Of a DNA stretch of 64,000 nucleotides, positions 29,000-39,197 are shown in pieces; positions within the stretch are counted from its first letter, which is position 1; each line of letters starts with the position of its first letter. The position numbers and the translations under genes are program-made. The notes beneath the pieces were generated by a model. That model was given only the letters and a program-made list of their open reading frames with translations. It ran no database searches and was not told the origin of the DNA. Origin of the DNA: Balneolales bacterium (GTDB lineage: Bacteria > Bacteroidota > Rhodothermia > Balneolales > HLUCCA01); assembly GCA_041749075.1 (NCBI GenBank), contig JBGTBY010000035.1:350268-414267 (forward strand), given 5' to 3'.

Positions 29000-29688
29000 C
29001 GGATACGTCCCAATATGGTTTCTCCAGCGACCGTGATATCGCCGATGTTCACATTCAGTTGGATCGAGTCGGGAATCAACAGATCCATTCTCGATCCGAA
29101 TTTCATAATACCGAAGCGATCACCAGCGGTAACGGCATCCCCTTCATTGATATGAAAGGTGATGCGGCGGGCGATGAACCCGGTGATCTGTTTGAAATAC
29201 ATTTTTGCGCCGGACGCATGACGCACACCGAATTCGGCGCGTTCATTCAACAAAGAGGCCTTCTCGTGCCAGGCCACTAAATATTCACCGGGATGGTACA
29301 TGCTGTATTCCACCATGCCGCTCATCGGAATGCGGTTCACATGCACATTCATCGGCGAAAGGAAGATGCTCACTTGGGTGACTTCTTCTTTCAAGTAATT
29401 CGGTTCGACCACCCGTTGGATGAGGATCACTTTCCCATCTGCTGGAGAAATCAACAGATTCGGATCTTGAGGAATCACTCGATCCGGATCACGGAAAAAG
29501 TACACGGTAAAACCGGAGATGAATACAGCCAGACCGAAAAACAACCATTGTGGCCACGATCCCAACCACCATCCGATAGCGATTAAGACGAGTGAAATGG
29601 CGACTGCGATCCAGATTGTGGAATATCCGTCAGGTGCGAACTTCAAATCAGCCTCCGAAAAAGCGAAGAATATCGTTGAATGTGACAA
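28996..29688 (-). CDS. psd: phosphatidylserine decarboxylase (short form)
   Basis: TM anchor plus a Psd core ending with the FGS(R) self-cleavage-type motif (MKFGSRMDL). Overlaps pssA by 4 nt. Confidence 0.8.
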   Translation of the reverse strand: MSHSTIFFAFSEADLKFAPDGYSTIWIAVAISLVLIAIGWWLGSWPQWLFFGLAVFISGFTVYFFRDPDRVIPQDPNLLISPADGKVILIQRVVEPNYLKEEVTQVSIFLSPMNVHVNRIPMSGMVEYSMYHPGEYLVAWHEKASLLNERAEFGVRHASGAKMYFKQITGFIARRITFHINEGDAVTAGDRFGIMKFGSRMDLLIPDSIQLNVNIGDITVAGETILGRIR

Positions 29689-31003
29689 AGATCATCAATC
29701 CGAGAACCAACACCATCCCCACCTGCTGCATCACCATGCGGAAACGGACGGAAGGTTCTTTGCGGACGATGGCCTCATACACAAGAAATACAAAGTGACC
29801 ACCATCTAAAACAGGAATCGGCAACATGTTCATGATGGCCAGGGTGATGCTTAAGAACGCGGTGATGGTCCAGAAGCCGACCCATCCACTGCGGTCCGTG
29901 GCTTGACGCGTCACAGATGCGATGGCCAAAGGTCCACCCAGATTTTCGCGAAGGGACACATCCCCTGAAAAGAGAAGTCCGAAGCCGCTCAGAATTCCGT
30001 TCGTCGATTCCCAGGTATTCGCAACACCGGCGCCAATGCCTCCAAAGAAACCGTAGTCGACAGACACCACTCCGAATTCATCAATCGGATTCACCGGATA
30101 AATTCCAACGGTTTTGGAAACCGATTCTGGCGTCACACTGACGTTCAATGTATCGGACTGACGCACCAGGGTGAGATTCATCGAACCTTCGCTGCTTTTG
30201 ATGAGCGTCGTGAGGTGGGTCCACCAATGGACGTCTTGACCATCCACCGCGATAATGCGGTCGCCGCCTTGGATACCGGCTTTTTCTGCGGCAGAACCCA
30301 TCACAGTCGATGAAATGATGCTAGGAAGTGCGTTTTCGATGGAAATGAAATTCGGACTGCTGTTAAGGCGGTCGATGAATCCGACAGGCGCAGGTAAATC
30401 AACTACCGCTTGATCACGCTCCACTTGGAAGACGATGTTCGATGACGTGAGATCGGCGATCGAAAACAGGTTTCCACCTTTATAGGTCTCGGGGCGGTTT
30501 CCGTTCACTGAAATCAACCGGTCGCCGGACCGGAAACCGACCTCATGAGCAAGCGATTCTTGCGGGATGTACAAACTTCCGACATTCTCAGATGGCACTT
30601 CTTGCGAGCCATAGGTCCAGAACATGCCCGTGTAGATGATGACGGCCAAAATCATATTGAAGATCACACCTGCGGTGATCACGATCATCCGCTGCCAGAC
30701 GGGCTTGCTGCGGTATTCCCAAGGCTGAGGCTCGGATTCGATGAACGACTCATCCATGCTTTCATCGATCATCCCTGAGATTTTCACATATCCGCCAAGT
30801 GGCGTTGCCGAAATGCAATAATCCGTATCGCCCTTCTGAAATCCGAATAGACGTGGCGGAAATCCGATGGAAAATCGTTCCACACGCATGCCGAACCATT
30901 TGGCGGCGAGGAAGTGACCCAACTCATGAATTAACACAAGAATGAAGATGGCACCAATGAAGATGCCGATAGTAGTGAGAACGGATAGAAGGGATTCCAT
31001 CAA
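29648..31003 (-). CDS. rseP: RIP metalloprotease RseP (site-2 protease, M50)
   Basis: HELGHF zinc motif, PDZ-like middle region and a C-terminal NxxPxxxLDG motif (NMLPIPVLDGG). Confidence 0.9.
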   Translation of the reverse strand: MMESLLSVLTTIGIFIGAIFILVLIHELGHFLAAKWFGMRVERFSIGFPPRLFGFQKGDTDYCISATPLGGYVKISGMIDESMDESFIESEPQPWEYRSKPVWQRMIVITAGVIFNMILAVIIYTGMFWTYGSQEVPSENVGSLYIPQESLAHEVGFRSGDRLISVNGNRPETYKGGNLFSIADLTSSNIVFQVERDQAVVDLPAPVGFIDRLNSSPNFISIENALPSIISSTVMGSAAEKAGIQGGDRIIAVDGQDVHWWTHLTTLIKSSEGSMNLTLVRQSDTLNVSVTPESVSKTVGIYPVNPIDEFGVVSVDYGFFGGIGAGVANTWESTNGILSGFGLLFSGDVSLRENLGGPLAIASVTRQATDRSGWVGFWTITAFLSITLAIMNMLPIPVLDGGHFVFLVYEAIVRKEPSVRFRMVMQQVGMVLVLGLMIFVTFNDILRFFGG

Positions 31004-31015
31004 AGAAAAGATTGG

Positions 31016-32164
31016 TTATATGGACGATGCCCGCGCGCGGGTCTCTTGATTCACAAACGGTAAATCACTCAGTTGGATGGAACCCTTGCTTGGCATGTGC
31101 GCCAAACAATCTTCCACCAAAGAAGCGATTCGAATATACGGAATTTCATGGTTGAGGAACCTTTGCACCGCCACCTCATTGGCCGCATTCAGTACGGCTG
31201 GAGCATATCCACCGGCCACCATCGCTTCCATCGCCAATCGGAAACAGGGAAAACGTTGCGTGTCCACCGTCGAGAAGCTCAGATCTGTGGTTCGGGTCCA
31301 ATCCACCCTCGGAGCGTCCAATTCCCATCGATCCGGATAGGTGATCGCGTATTGGATCGGAACTTTCATATCAGGCATTCCCAACTGCGCTTTGATGGAT
31401 CCATCGGTGAACTGTACCATCGAATGGATGATGCTTTGCGGATGGATGAGGGCCTCGATCTGGTCGAACCTCAACTGAAACAACCAATACGCTTCGATCA
31501 CTTCGAGTCCTTTGTTCATCAGCGTGGAAGAATCGATCGTGATTTTCGACCCCATCGACCAATTCGGATGCGCCAACGCATCCTTTACCGTCACGTTTGC
31601 CAGTTGATCGATCGTGTGATTTCGGAAAGGCCCACCGCTCGCCGTGATGATCAGTTTGTCGACCCGCTCCATCGATTCGCCCGCAAGGCATTGCAGGATG
31701 GCAGAATGTTCCGAATCCACAGGCAAGACCATCATCTTATCCAAGCCAAGCCAAGGCTTCAGCAATTCGCCACCCACCACCAACGATTCCTTGTTGGCGA
31801 GGGCCACGCGCTTTCCGCTGGTCAAGGCCACATAGGTCGGAAAAAAACCGGCAAAACCGACCAAACTGTTTAAAACAGTGTCGGCATCAGTGGCTCGAAC
31901 CGCATCCAACAGCGCGTTTTCACCCTGAACGATCTCGGTGCCATCCAAACCGGATTCGGCTTTTAAATTCGTGTATCCGTCTTCAGTACCGATGACCGCC
32001 ATTACAGGCTTGAATTCGCGGATCTGTGCCGCAAGCAATTCCCAATTCTGATTGGCTGTGAGCAGGGAGACGGATAGCCGCTGCGGATGCTGGCGCACGA
32101 TATCCAATGTTTGGGTGCCGATGGAACCGGTCGAGCCGAGAATGGCAAGAGAATGAAGCGTCAT
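31016..32164 (-). CDS. dxr: 1-deoxy-D-xylulose 5-phosphate reductoisomerase
   Basis: ILGSTGSIGTQTL NADPH motif, LANKESLV and PVDSEHSA. Start taken at MTLHSLAILG, which forms an ATGA overlap with pgeF. Confidence 0.9.
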   Translation of the reverse strand: MTLHSLAILGSTGSIGTQTLDIVRQHPQRLSVSLLTANQNWELLAAQIREFKPVMAVIGTEDGYTNLKAESGLDGTEIVQGENALLDAVRATDADTVLNSLVGFAGFFPTYVALTSGKRVALANKESLVVGGELLKPWLGLDKMMVLPVDSEHSAILQCLAGESMERVDKLIITASGGPFRNHTIDQLANVTVKDALAHPNWSMGSKITIDSSTLMNKGLEVIEAYWLFQLRFDQIEALIHPQSIIHSMVQFTDGSIKAQLGMPDMKVPIQYAITYPDRWELDAPRVDWTRTTDLSFSTVDTQRFPCFRLAMEAMVAGGYAPAVLNAANEVAVQRFLNHEIPYIRIASLVEDCLAHMPSKGSIQLSDLPFVNQETRARASSI

Positions 32165-32805
32165 GGACGGAGTATAGGTGTTTGATTGGTGATCATCGCC
32201 AACATGCGTCCTGCCGATTCCTTTTCTCGTCGAAAACTCCAGAATAAATCGGCATGCTCTACGGTGCATCGCCCATCCATTGAGATATTGGGCTCGTTCA
32301 GTCCCGCCGAAATCAAGTCCGATTCCAGAAACCCGCTCAGGTCCACATGCGGTTTCTCAAACCCGTCGCGATGCACGAATCGTTCCGGAAACCGAACCGC
32401 GACTTCCTCTCCCACTTCAAACGCCTGGATGCCGATGCACGGACTGATCCAGGCCTCGATATCCTGCGGATTGGCGCCCGCCTCCACCATCATTTTGATC
32501 GCGTTGTGATGGATTCCTCCAACCGCGCCTCTCCATCCGGCATGAACGGCCGCCACGATTCCATTTATAGGGTCTGAAAACAGGATTGCGGCGCAATCGG
32601 CCACTTTGATTCCGATGGTGAGTCCGGCTGTGCGAGTGATCAAGCCATCTGTGGCAGGGTACAAACCGTTCGTCTCTACCCACGTCACCTTCGTTCCATG
32701 AACCTGCACAGCTACAGCCATGATGTCCGGATCCGGGGTTTCGTCGCTGTCTCGAAGTGTGAACCGGGCCTTAACAGGTAATTTCAGCTTAAGAAAGGAC
32801 ATCAA
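32161..32805 (-). CDS. pgeF: YfiH/PgeF-family (DUF152) purine nucleoside phosphorylase/peptidoglycan editing factor
   Basis: VADCAAILF and HAGWRG motifs of the DUF152 family. Confidence 0.75.
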   Translation of the reverse strand: MMSFLKLKLPVKARFTLRDSDETPDPDIMAVAVQVHGTKVTWVETNGLYPATDGLITRTAGLTIGIKVADCAAILFSDPINGIVAAVHAGWRGAVGGIHHNAIKMMVEAGANPQDIEAWISPCIGIQAFEVGEEVAVRFPERFVHRDGFEKPHVDLSGFLESDLISAGLNEPNISMDGRCTVEHADLFWSFRREKESAGRMLAMITNQTPILRP

Positions 32806-33607
32806 CAGCCTCCTCGGGCATATCCATACCGGTCCATAATCCGAAACTTAGCGCGGCCTGACCTACGAACATCTCCATCCCCCCGATCACATCCCCTTGT
32901 TTGTCTGAAATCTGAGACATAAAGGGTGTGACTCGCGGAATGTAGATCAGATCGTATCCGATCCTTTCGGGATCCGGCGGAATGTCGAATCCATCCAATG
33001 GTGATTTACCTTCATGACTGGGCAAACCCAGTGGTGTGGCGTTCACCCAAAGTTTGGCATCCAATGCGTACTCCATCCAATTCGAATAACTTAATTGATC
33101 TTGATCTGCAGGATCCGGTGTTCTCGAAACCGTGAACACCTGCTTCAATCCCATCCATTTTAATGCGTGGATGACGGCCTTTGCCGCGCCACCCGACCCA
33201 AACACAACCGCCGAGCCGTCGCGCAGTCGTTCCGCGGCAGACTGCAAGGGAAGCAGGAATCCGGCCAGATCGGTGTTGTAGCCGATGAGCTTGCCATCAC
33301 GGGGAACGACGGCGTTCACAGCCCCGATGGACTCAGCCAACGAATCGAGCTCATCCATAAAGGGGATGATGGATTGCTTATGAGGAACGGTGACGTTCGC
33401 ACCTCGGAACCAGGGCGACCGAAACACATCCCTCACCAAATCCAGATCTTCATCCGGAACTTGGGTGCGGAGATAGGACCAGTTCAGGCCTGCGAGCCGG
33501 AACGCCTCGTTATGGAGCTTGGGCGACAAGCTGTGTGAAACCGGATTGCCGATGATCGTGCAAAACGGGGAAGTCGGTAGCGATTTAAGGACGTCTCGAA
33601 TGAGCAT
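32789..33607 (-). CDS. aroE: shikimate dehydrogenase
   Basis: GNPVSHSLSPKLHN start, VTVPHK and GSGGAAKA Rossmann motifs. Confidence 0.9.
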   Translation of the reverse strand: MLIRDVLKSLPTSPFCTIIGNPVSHSLSPKLHNEAFRLAGLNWSYLRTQVPDEDLDLVRDVFRSPWFRGANVTVPHKQSIIPFMDELDSLAESIGAVNAVVPRDGKLIGYNTDLAGFLLPLQSAAERLRDGSAVVFGSGGAAKAVIHALKWMGLKQVFTVSRTPDPADQDQLSYSNWMEYALDAKLWVNATPLGLPSHEGKSPLDGFDIPPDPERIGYDLIYIPRVTPFMSQISDKQGDVIGGMEMFVGQAALSFGLWTGMDMPEEAVDVLS

Positions 33608-33616
33608 GGGATTCCT

Positions 33617-33646
33617 AAAAAAAAAGGAAGCCTTGTGAGCTTCCTT
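33617..33646 (-). terminator. intrinsic terminator downstream of the SRPBCC gene
   Basis: On the minus strand: AAGGAAGC-7 nt loop-GCTTCCTT followed by a 9-T run (poly-A on the plus strand at 33617-33625). Confidence 0.7.
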
Positions 33647-33673
33647 GAAATCATCGTCAGTAAGACAACGCGA

Positions 33674-34147
33674 TCAGACGGTTTCTTCAGCTTTGACTTT
33701 GCCTTTAGGGGCTTTCTCATCGTTGAAGGTGCCTGCTTCAGCCTGTTCACGGAAATTTTCCAAATTGGAACGGAGTTCGGTGGACAGATTTTCGATGAAG
33801 GCGGTCACTTCGTCGGTGGATTCGCCGAAGAACATGCGGTAATCCAAGCTGAAATCCACTTTGGTACGGGTACCGTTATCCAGAGGAGTGAACCGAATGG
33901 TTCCGGTCTGGTTCATGTTACCGTTGATGGTGATCCAAGCAAAACGGGTGTTGCGAAGGTCGTCAATGATGTTGGTCGTCCATTGGAAATCTTCTTTACC
34001 GATTGCCGTCTTGTATTCGAAGGTCTGGGAATTGATCTTATTAACCTGATCAATGTGCTTGAGGAATTTTGGAAAATCCGTCGGGGAGCTCATTAATTCG
34101 TAAACCTTGGCCAGGGGCAGGTTAATATCTATCGTTTCGTGCGCCAT
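33674..34147 (-). CDS. SRPBCC-superfamily (cyclase/dehydrase-like) ligand-binding protein
   Basis: About 157 aa from MAHETIDINLPLAKVYELM. The alpha/beta pattern with a long acidic/lysine tail is typical of the START/Bet v1-like fold. Confidence 0.55.
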   Translation of the reverse strand: MAHETIDINLPLAKVYELMSSPTDFPKFLKHIDQVNKINSQTFEYKTAIGKEDFQWTTNIIDDLRNTRFAWITINGNMNQTGTIRFTPLDNGTRTKVDFSLDYRMFFGESTDEVTAFIENLSTELRSNLENFREQAEAGTFNDEKAPKGKVKAEETV

Positions 34148-34284
34148 ATGATACCGTTTAGCTTCGTGAGTGTGGGTTGATTTGTGGTCGATGAAAACAT
34201 CGGCGGCAGAAGGAAGAATTACAGGGAAGTCTTGTCCGCATTTACATAATTTACGGCTTTTAGAGTTAAACGGCAACAAACTAC

Positions 34285-35556
34285 ATGATTCTGAGACAGC
34301 TCGCCTTTGTATTTATTACGTTAGTTGGAACGTCATCAGCGTTTTCCCAGACCACTTTCTCCGGTTTCGCCCGTTCGTATGTCGGATATACCCCTACCAG
34401 CCCCCCAAAAGGCATCGTCAAACGAAATTCATTGCGACTGGAATCGGATGTCCGACTCACCCATATTCGGGCATACACGTCCGTTCAAGCCGATCATGAG
34501 TTCAACACGTCCCCCAACTCGTTCAGCTTGATTGTGCGGGAAACGTATCTGGATGTGCGCACCGGTCCGTTCGATATTCGCGCCGGACGTTTCATGCATC
34601 ATTTCGGTCGGTCGGAAGGCTTCATCCTCACAAATGTGTTTTCGTCATATGATTTGTCGGAATTTCTGACACAAGACATCACGGATTTGACTCGCGGCTT
34701 GGATGGGATCCGCGTTTCGGGTTTCCTGGGCTCGAACGCCGTTCATCTGCTCGCATCCCCGTTTCAGCCGGAATCATCGCTGCCGACAGGCATTTGGTCG
34801 GTCACGAACGATTCCATCAACGGCATCCCCATCCGTTCCACGCAACGGAAGAACCAAGCGCTTGAGACGGGTCCACTGCGCATGGCGGCGATCATCGCGC
34901 TGCGTCCGAGGTTGAACATCGATCTGGATCTGGCGGTCGGACATTGGAGTTTACCCGTCGATGCCTATGAGAAAACCATCAGCCCGTTTCCGCTGCAAAT
35001 CGACATCCGCAACAAAACATCGTACAGTTGGATGGCGATGATGAGTAGTGAACTCCGTGCCACCCCGATTCTGGCGTTCACCACGGAACTCGCTTACTGG
35101 AATGCGAAACCCGTGGATATCCTCCCGCAAAACCCGGCTTTGCTGTTTTCCGAATCCAAGGGATTTCTTCGCAATGCACCCTATTTGGGCGCATTAGTTG
35201 GTGTGAAAACGGTTTGGTGGAATGTGAATGTGAGTCAGCAGGTCTTCATGGAGCACATCATCCATCCACCCGCCGACATGTTGGCTGATCAGACCGTCTT
35301 CGGAACCACGCTCACCTTCTGGCGCCGCTTCTTCTATGATGATTTGACGGTTCGGATGATGACCCGCTATCAATTTGATCCGGGCGGTTACTGGATGAAC
35401 CCTGAAGGGATGTACCGCATCAACGATTCCATCCACCTTCGGCTGGGGGCACATTTGTTCGGCGGATCCAAGCCTAGCGACGAAAATCCGACGTTTTCGT
35501 TCGGACAGTATAGGTCGAACCAGTTTTTATATGGTAAATTTGCTCTCTTCTTTTGA
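34285..35556 (+). CDS. putative outer-membrane beta-barrel protein
   Basis: Signal peptide (SSAFSQ). Beta-strand-rich, with a C-terminal aromatic beta-signal (YGKFALFF). Immediately upstream of the MMPL/RND gene. Confidence 0.5.
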   Translation: MILRQLAFVFITLVGTSSAFSQTTFSGFARSYVGYTPTSPPKGIVKRNSLRLESDVRLTHIRAYTSVQADHEFNTSPNSFSLIVRETYLDVRTGPFDIRAGRFMHHFGRSEGFILTNVFSSYDLSEFLTQDITDLTRGLDGIRVSGFLGSNAVHLLASPFQPESSLPTGIWSVTNDSINGIPIRSTQRKNQALETGPLRMAAIIALRPRLNIDLDLAVGHWSLPVDAYEKTISPFPLQIDIRNKTSYSWMAMMSSELRATPILAFTTELAYWNAKPVDILPQNPALLFSESKGFLRNAPYLGALVGVKTVWWNVNVSQQVFMEHIIHPPADMLADQTVFGTTLTFWRRFFYDDLTVRMMTRYQFDPGGYWMNPEGMYRINDSIHLRLGAHLFGGSKPSDENPTFSFGQYRSNQFLYGKFALFF

Positions 35557-35562
35557 GCCCCA

Positions 35563-37845
35563 TTGAAACGTTTCGCCACATTCGTCCTGTCATTTCCCAA
35601 ATCCATCCTCATGGGTATGGGTGTGCTGATGCTGGCGAGCTTGTACCCGGCATCGCAAATCCGCACGGATTTCAATATCGAAGCGTTTTTTCCGGATGAC
35701 GACCGCACCATCCTTGAATACCGTGAAGTGTCGGAAGAATTTGGCCGCGACGACAATGTGATCGCGGTGATGCTTGAACATCCTGAGATCCTCACAATTG
35801 AGCATCTGACACGGATCGATAGTCTAACGACCGCTCTTGGCAGGATGCAGTACGTGACGGAGATCCAAAGCCTGACCAACGCCCGTCGCCTGCAGAATGA
35901 AGAGGATAATCTGGTGATTCGTGACATCTGGAGTCCGGGTGAACAGGCTCCCTTGCTGCAAGACGTCCAAGACAATCCCTTTGTCAGTGGGATCATTATA
36001 AGTGCGGATGGACGCACCACGGCGATCTACATCACCATCGATGCAGAAGCGGATCCATACCGCATCCGAAGCGAAATCATCGCCGAGATGAACCGCATTA
36101 TCGAGCCGTATCGGTCGACCTACACCATCGGCATCACCGGCATCCCCTATTTCCGGAACACGTATGTGAACATGTTGAATGGCGAGATCCGGTTCTACAT
36201 CACGTTATCCACGTTCTTGGTGATGTTGCTACTTGGAGCGTTGTTTCAGAGCATCCGAGGTATCGTACTGCCACTTGGTGTGGTTTGGATTACGATTTTA
36301 TTCACACTCTCGTTCATGGTGATGACGGGCGGCTATTTCGAAATCCTGAGTTCCACCATTGCTCCAATACTTCTATGTGTGGGAATCAGTGATTCTGTGC
36401 ATCTGATGTCGAAATACAATGATGGTCGCATTGCCGGACTCTCGCGTCGCTCCTCCATGAAGGAAACCGTGATTGTGATGGGAAGCGCGACGTTTCTGAC
36501 GAGCGTCACCACGTTCATCGGCTTCATCACCCTGTATACCAGCAGTGTGGTGCCAATCCAGCGATTCGGATTGTATACCGCATTTGGAGTTCTGTTCGCC
36601 TTTGCGATCACCATGTTCGTCATTCCGGCTGCCTTGCCGTTTTTCAAGGACACGGTGAAGAAAGATCTCTCCCATCACAAAGTGCATCATCTCATTGGTG
36701 TGATGCTGCAAAAGCTGAATGTCTGGATCGAGCGGCATTACAAAGGTATCGTGATCGTGACATCTATCGTCGTGATACTGGTTGGAATCGGTGCCACCCG
36801 CCTGAAAGTGAACAGTTTCATTTTTGATGATGTGGGACCAGAAAACATCCTTGTGAAAGATGCAGACCGGTTTTCCGAGAAGCTGAGTCCGCCATTTCCA
36901 TTAGAACTGATCCTGAACACCGAAGAGGATAACGGGATCCTTCAGCCCGATTACATCCGTCGTTTGCTAGCGTTTGAAGCCTTTCTGGATTCCATCCCCG
37001 AAATCGCGCGCACGACATCCATCACAACCCTGCTTGCTGAAACACATCGGGTGATGCAGCCCGACGCCCCGCTGTCCGACCTTACGTTACCCGATGCCGC
37101 GCCGCGGATCGCGCAGTACATGCTCTTACTCGAAATCGCCGACCCCGACCTGCTTCCCTCCTTCACGGATTTCACCTATTCGAAGGTCCGCATCGCCGCA
37201 CAAATCGAAGACGCCGGGTCGTACCGCGTCAACGGCATCCGCCGCACCATCCGCCTGTACCTGACGGAGCATTTTCCGGAAAGTCGTCTTCAGCAATCCG
37301 GGACTAGTATCTTGGTGGCGGACCTTACAGGTAATATGGTCCGTTCGCTCACTTCCAGCATCTTGCTTGCGGTTCTGTTCATCGCGATCATCATGGCTTG
37401 GATGTTCCGAAACGGGAAACTCATTGCCTTGTCGCTCATCCCGAATCTGGTTCCGTTGCTCATCACCGCCGGTGTGATGGGTTATTTCGGCATCGACCTG
37501 AAACCATCCACGGCAGTCATTTTCACGATCGCGTTCGGAATCGCGGTGGATGACACCATCCATTATCTCGCCCGACTTCGCCTCGAGAGCTGGAAAAACA
37601 CAGATCTGCGAACGGCAGTGAGAATCACGACGGAGAAAACAGGTCGACCTATCGTGCTCACAAGTTTAATTCTTCTGATCGGGTTTGGCACGCTCATGAC
37701 GAGTGATTTCACATCCACGGTCTGGATGGGCAGCTTGGTGAGCATGACGGTCTTGGTGGCTCTGATCGCCGACGTCGTCTTCTTGCCCGCTTTGCTCTAT
37801 TGGATGAAACCCGATTTGACGACCGCATCCCAAACATCGGCGTGA
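35563..37845 (+). CDS. RND-superfamily exporter, MMPL/SSD type
   Basis: 760 aa with two 6-TM bundles, each preceded by a large periplasmic loop. GxSDSVHL-like and AVDDTIHY motifs are typical of MMPL/HpnN-like transporters. TTG start. Confidence 0.8.
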   Translation: MKRFATFVLSFPKSILMGMGVLMLASLYPASQIRTDFNIEAFFPDDDRTILEYREVSEEFGRDDNVIAVMLEHPEILTIEHLTRIDSLTTALGRMQYVTEIQSLTNARRLQNEEDNLVIRDIWSPGEQAPLLQDVQDNPFVSGIIISADGRTTAIYITIDAEADPYRIRSEIIAEMNRIIEPYRSTYTIGITGIPYFRNTYVNMLNGEIRFYITLSTFLVMLLLGALFQSIRGIVLPLGVVWITILFTLSFMVMTGGYFEILSSTIAPILLCVGISDSVHLMSKYNDGRIAGLSRRSSMKETVIVMGSATFLTSVTTFIGFITLYTSSVVPIQRFGLYTAFGVLFAFAITMFVIPAALPFFKDTVKKDLSHHKVHHLIGVMLQKLNVWIERHYKGIVIVTSIVVILVGIGATRLKVNSFIFDDVGPENILVKDADRFSEKLSPPFPLELILNTEEDNGILQPDYIRRLLAFEAFLDSIPEIARTTSITTLLAETHRVMQPDAPLSDLTLPDAAPRIAQYMLLLEIADPDLLPSFTDFTYSKVRIAAQIEDAGSYRVNGIRRTIRLYLTEHFPESRLQQSGTSILVADLTGNMVRSLTSSILLAVLFIAIIMAWMFRNGKLIALSLIPNLVPLLITAGVMGYFGIDLKPSTAVIFTIAFGIAVDDTIHYLARLRLESWKNTDLRTAVRITTEKTGRPIVLTSLILLIGFGTLMTSDFTSTVWMGSLVSMTVLVALIADVVFLPALLYWMKPDLTTASQTSA

Positions 37846-38408
37846 ATCTGCTCGGGTGTGCGATCGGCATCGATGGTGCGGAAACGATTGTTTGATGCGG
37901 CTAGTGTATCAAAGCCCTGTATCACACGGTCGTAGAAGTCATCACCCGCTTGTTCCATGCGGTCACGATGTCGGTTCTTGATGCGGGCTTGCGCCTGTTG
38001 CCGACTCAGTCGCAAATAAAAGGTGATATCCGGAATCACGCCATGCGAGGCGATCGTGTTGATCGAATGGATGTGCTCGATGGGTAGCGATTGACGTCCG
38101 TAACCCTGATAGGCCACAGTCGAATCATAAAACCTATCCAATATCACCCATTCGCCGTTTTTCATCTTGGGAATGACGTGCTCGGCGATCAATTGTGAGC
38201 GGGCGGATGAAAAGAGTAGTACTTCTGTGACCGGATTGATCGGGAATTCTGGATTCAGCAACAATCCGCGAATGACTTCCGACACTTCGGTGCCACCTGG
38301 TTCGCGATATAAGTTCGCATCGATACCTTGAAATTCGAGTCGCTGACGCAGCTGATGTATCTGCGTGGTTTTGCCACTCCCGTCAATTCCTTCGAAAGAA
38401 ATCAGCAT
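37797..38408 (-). CDS. tmk: thymidylate kinase
   Basis: FEGIDGSGKTTQ P-loop and DRF/YDS motifs. Start at MLISFEG, sharing 1 nt with the stop of the upstream gene. Confidence 0.9.
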   Translation of the reverse strand: MLISFEGIDGSGKTTQIHQLRQRLEFQGIDANLYREPGGTEVSEVIRGLLLNPEFPINPVTEVLLFSSARSQLIAEHVIPKMKNGEWVILDRFYDSTVAYQGYGRQSLPIEHIHSINTIASHGVIPDITFYLRLSRQQAQARIKNRHRDRMEQAGDDFYDRVIQGFDTLAASNNRFRTIDADRTPEQIHADVWDAVVKSGFIQ

Positions 38409-38989
38409 CAGAGACCTAATTGTTTGGGTTCTTTCGGCAAGATCATCGATAGAACGATGTATGCCAAAACCGGGCTTCCCGATCCGATGAAGGTGAACAC
38501 CACGAACAGGATACGGACAATGGTCGGGTCCATTCCCAGATATTGGGCCATGCCACCACAAACACCGGCAAGCTTGCGATTCGTGCGCGATTTGAAGAGT
38601 CTTTTTTTCTTGAGCAAGCCGTATTCATCCAACTTGCCATCTTCGATCGAAATCGTTTTGGGAGTCTTTTTCTTCTTGCGTTTCGGACGCGAAAAGGTGC
38701 CCAAACCGACCAATAAGACGAGGAACGATCCGAAAACACTGATTAAGACCAGCAATTCACTGAAATCCGTATCGAATGGCATGAAAATCTGCATCACTGA
38801 AATCGCGCAGACTGCCAACACGCCCAATCCGATCATGGTGACGGGATTCATCAGGGTGTTCGGTTTCTTCGTCTCTACCGCATCTTCCTCGATGTACTGT
38901 TGCAGCGTCGATTCCAGATCGCGCGAACTCACATCATACACCGATTCGGATTCGCTGGAGTAGTCGTTAGGTCGTGTTTTTTCAGCCAT
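38408..38989 (-). CDS. PspC-domain membrane protein
   Basis: C-terminal KLAGVCGGMAQYLGMDPTIVRILFVV...LAYIVLSMILP is the PspC domain. Two TM helices lie upstream. Confidence 0.75.
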   Translation of the reverse strand: MAEKTRPNDYSSESESVYDVSSRDLESTLQQYIEEDAVETKKPNTLMNPVTMIGLGVLAVCAISVMQIFMPFDTDFSELLVLISVFGSFLVLLVGLGTFSRPKRKKKKTPKTISIEDGKLDEYGLLKKKRLFKSRTNRKLAGVCGGMAQYLGMDPTIVRILFVVFTFIGSGSPVLAYIVLSMILPKEPKQLGL

Positions 38990-39197
38990 TCAGCAAATAT
39001 AGGGAGTTGCGGGATGCGAAATGCGTGAAGTTCCTTCGCAAAAACTTAGTATGCAAAGCTTTTAGTGACTATTTGCTCATAGTATTCACATAAACGCTAC
39101 ATCATTCGATTAGCAAGAGTGTGACCAACCAAATTTAGGTTTTTGAAATAGGCATCAATATTTTAATACACCTTGCATAATCCCTATTTCATTATAT

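Noticed and set aside
39078-39097. Possible direct repeats at the island edges: CATAGTATTCACATAAACGC on the left versus TACTAGTTCACAAATACGG at 43217-43235
   Set aside because: Only about 13 of 18 positions match, and that requires a gap. This is too weak to call att sites without a statistical or comparative test.
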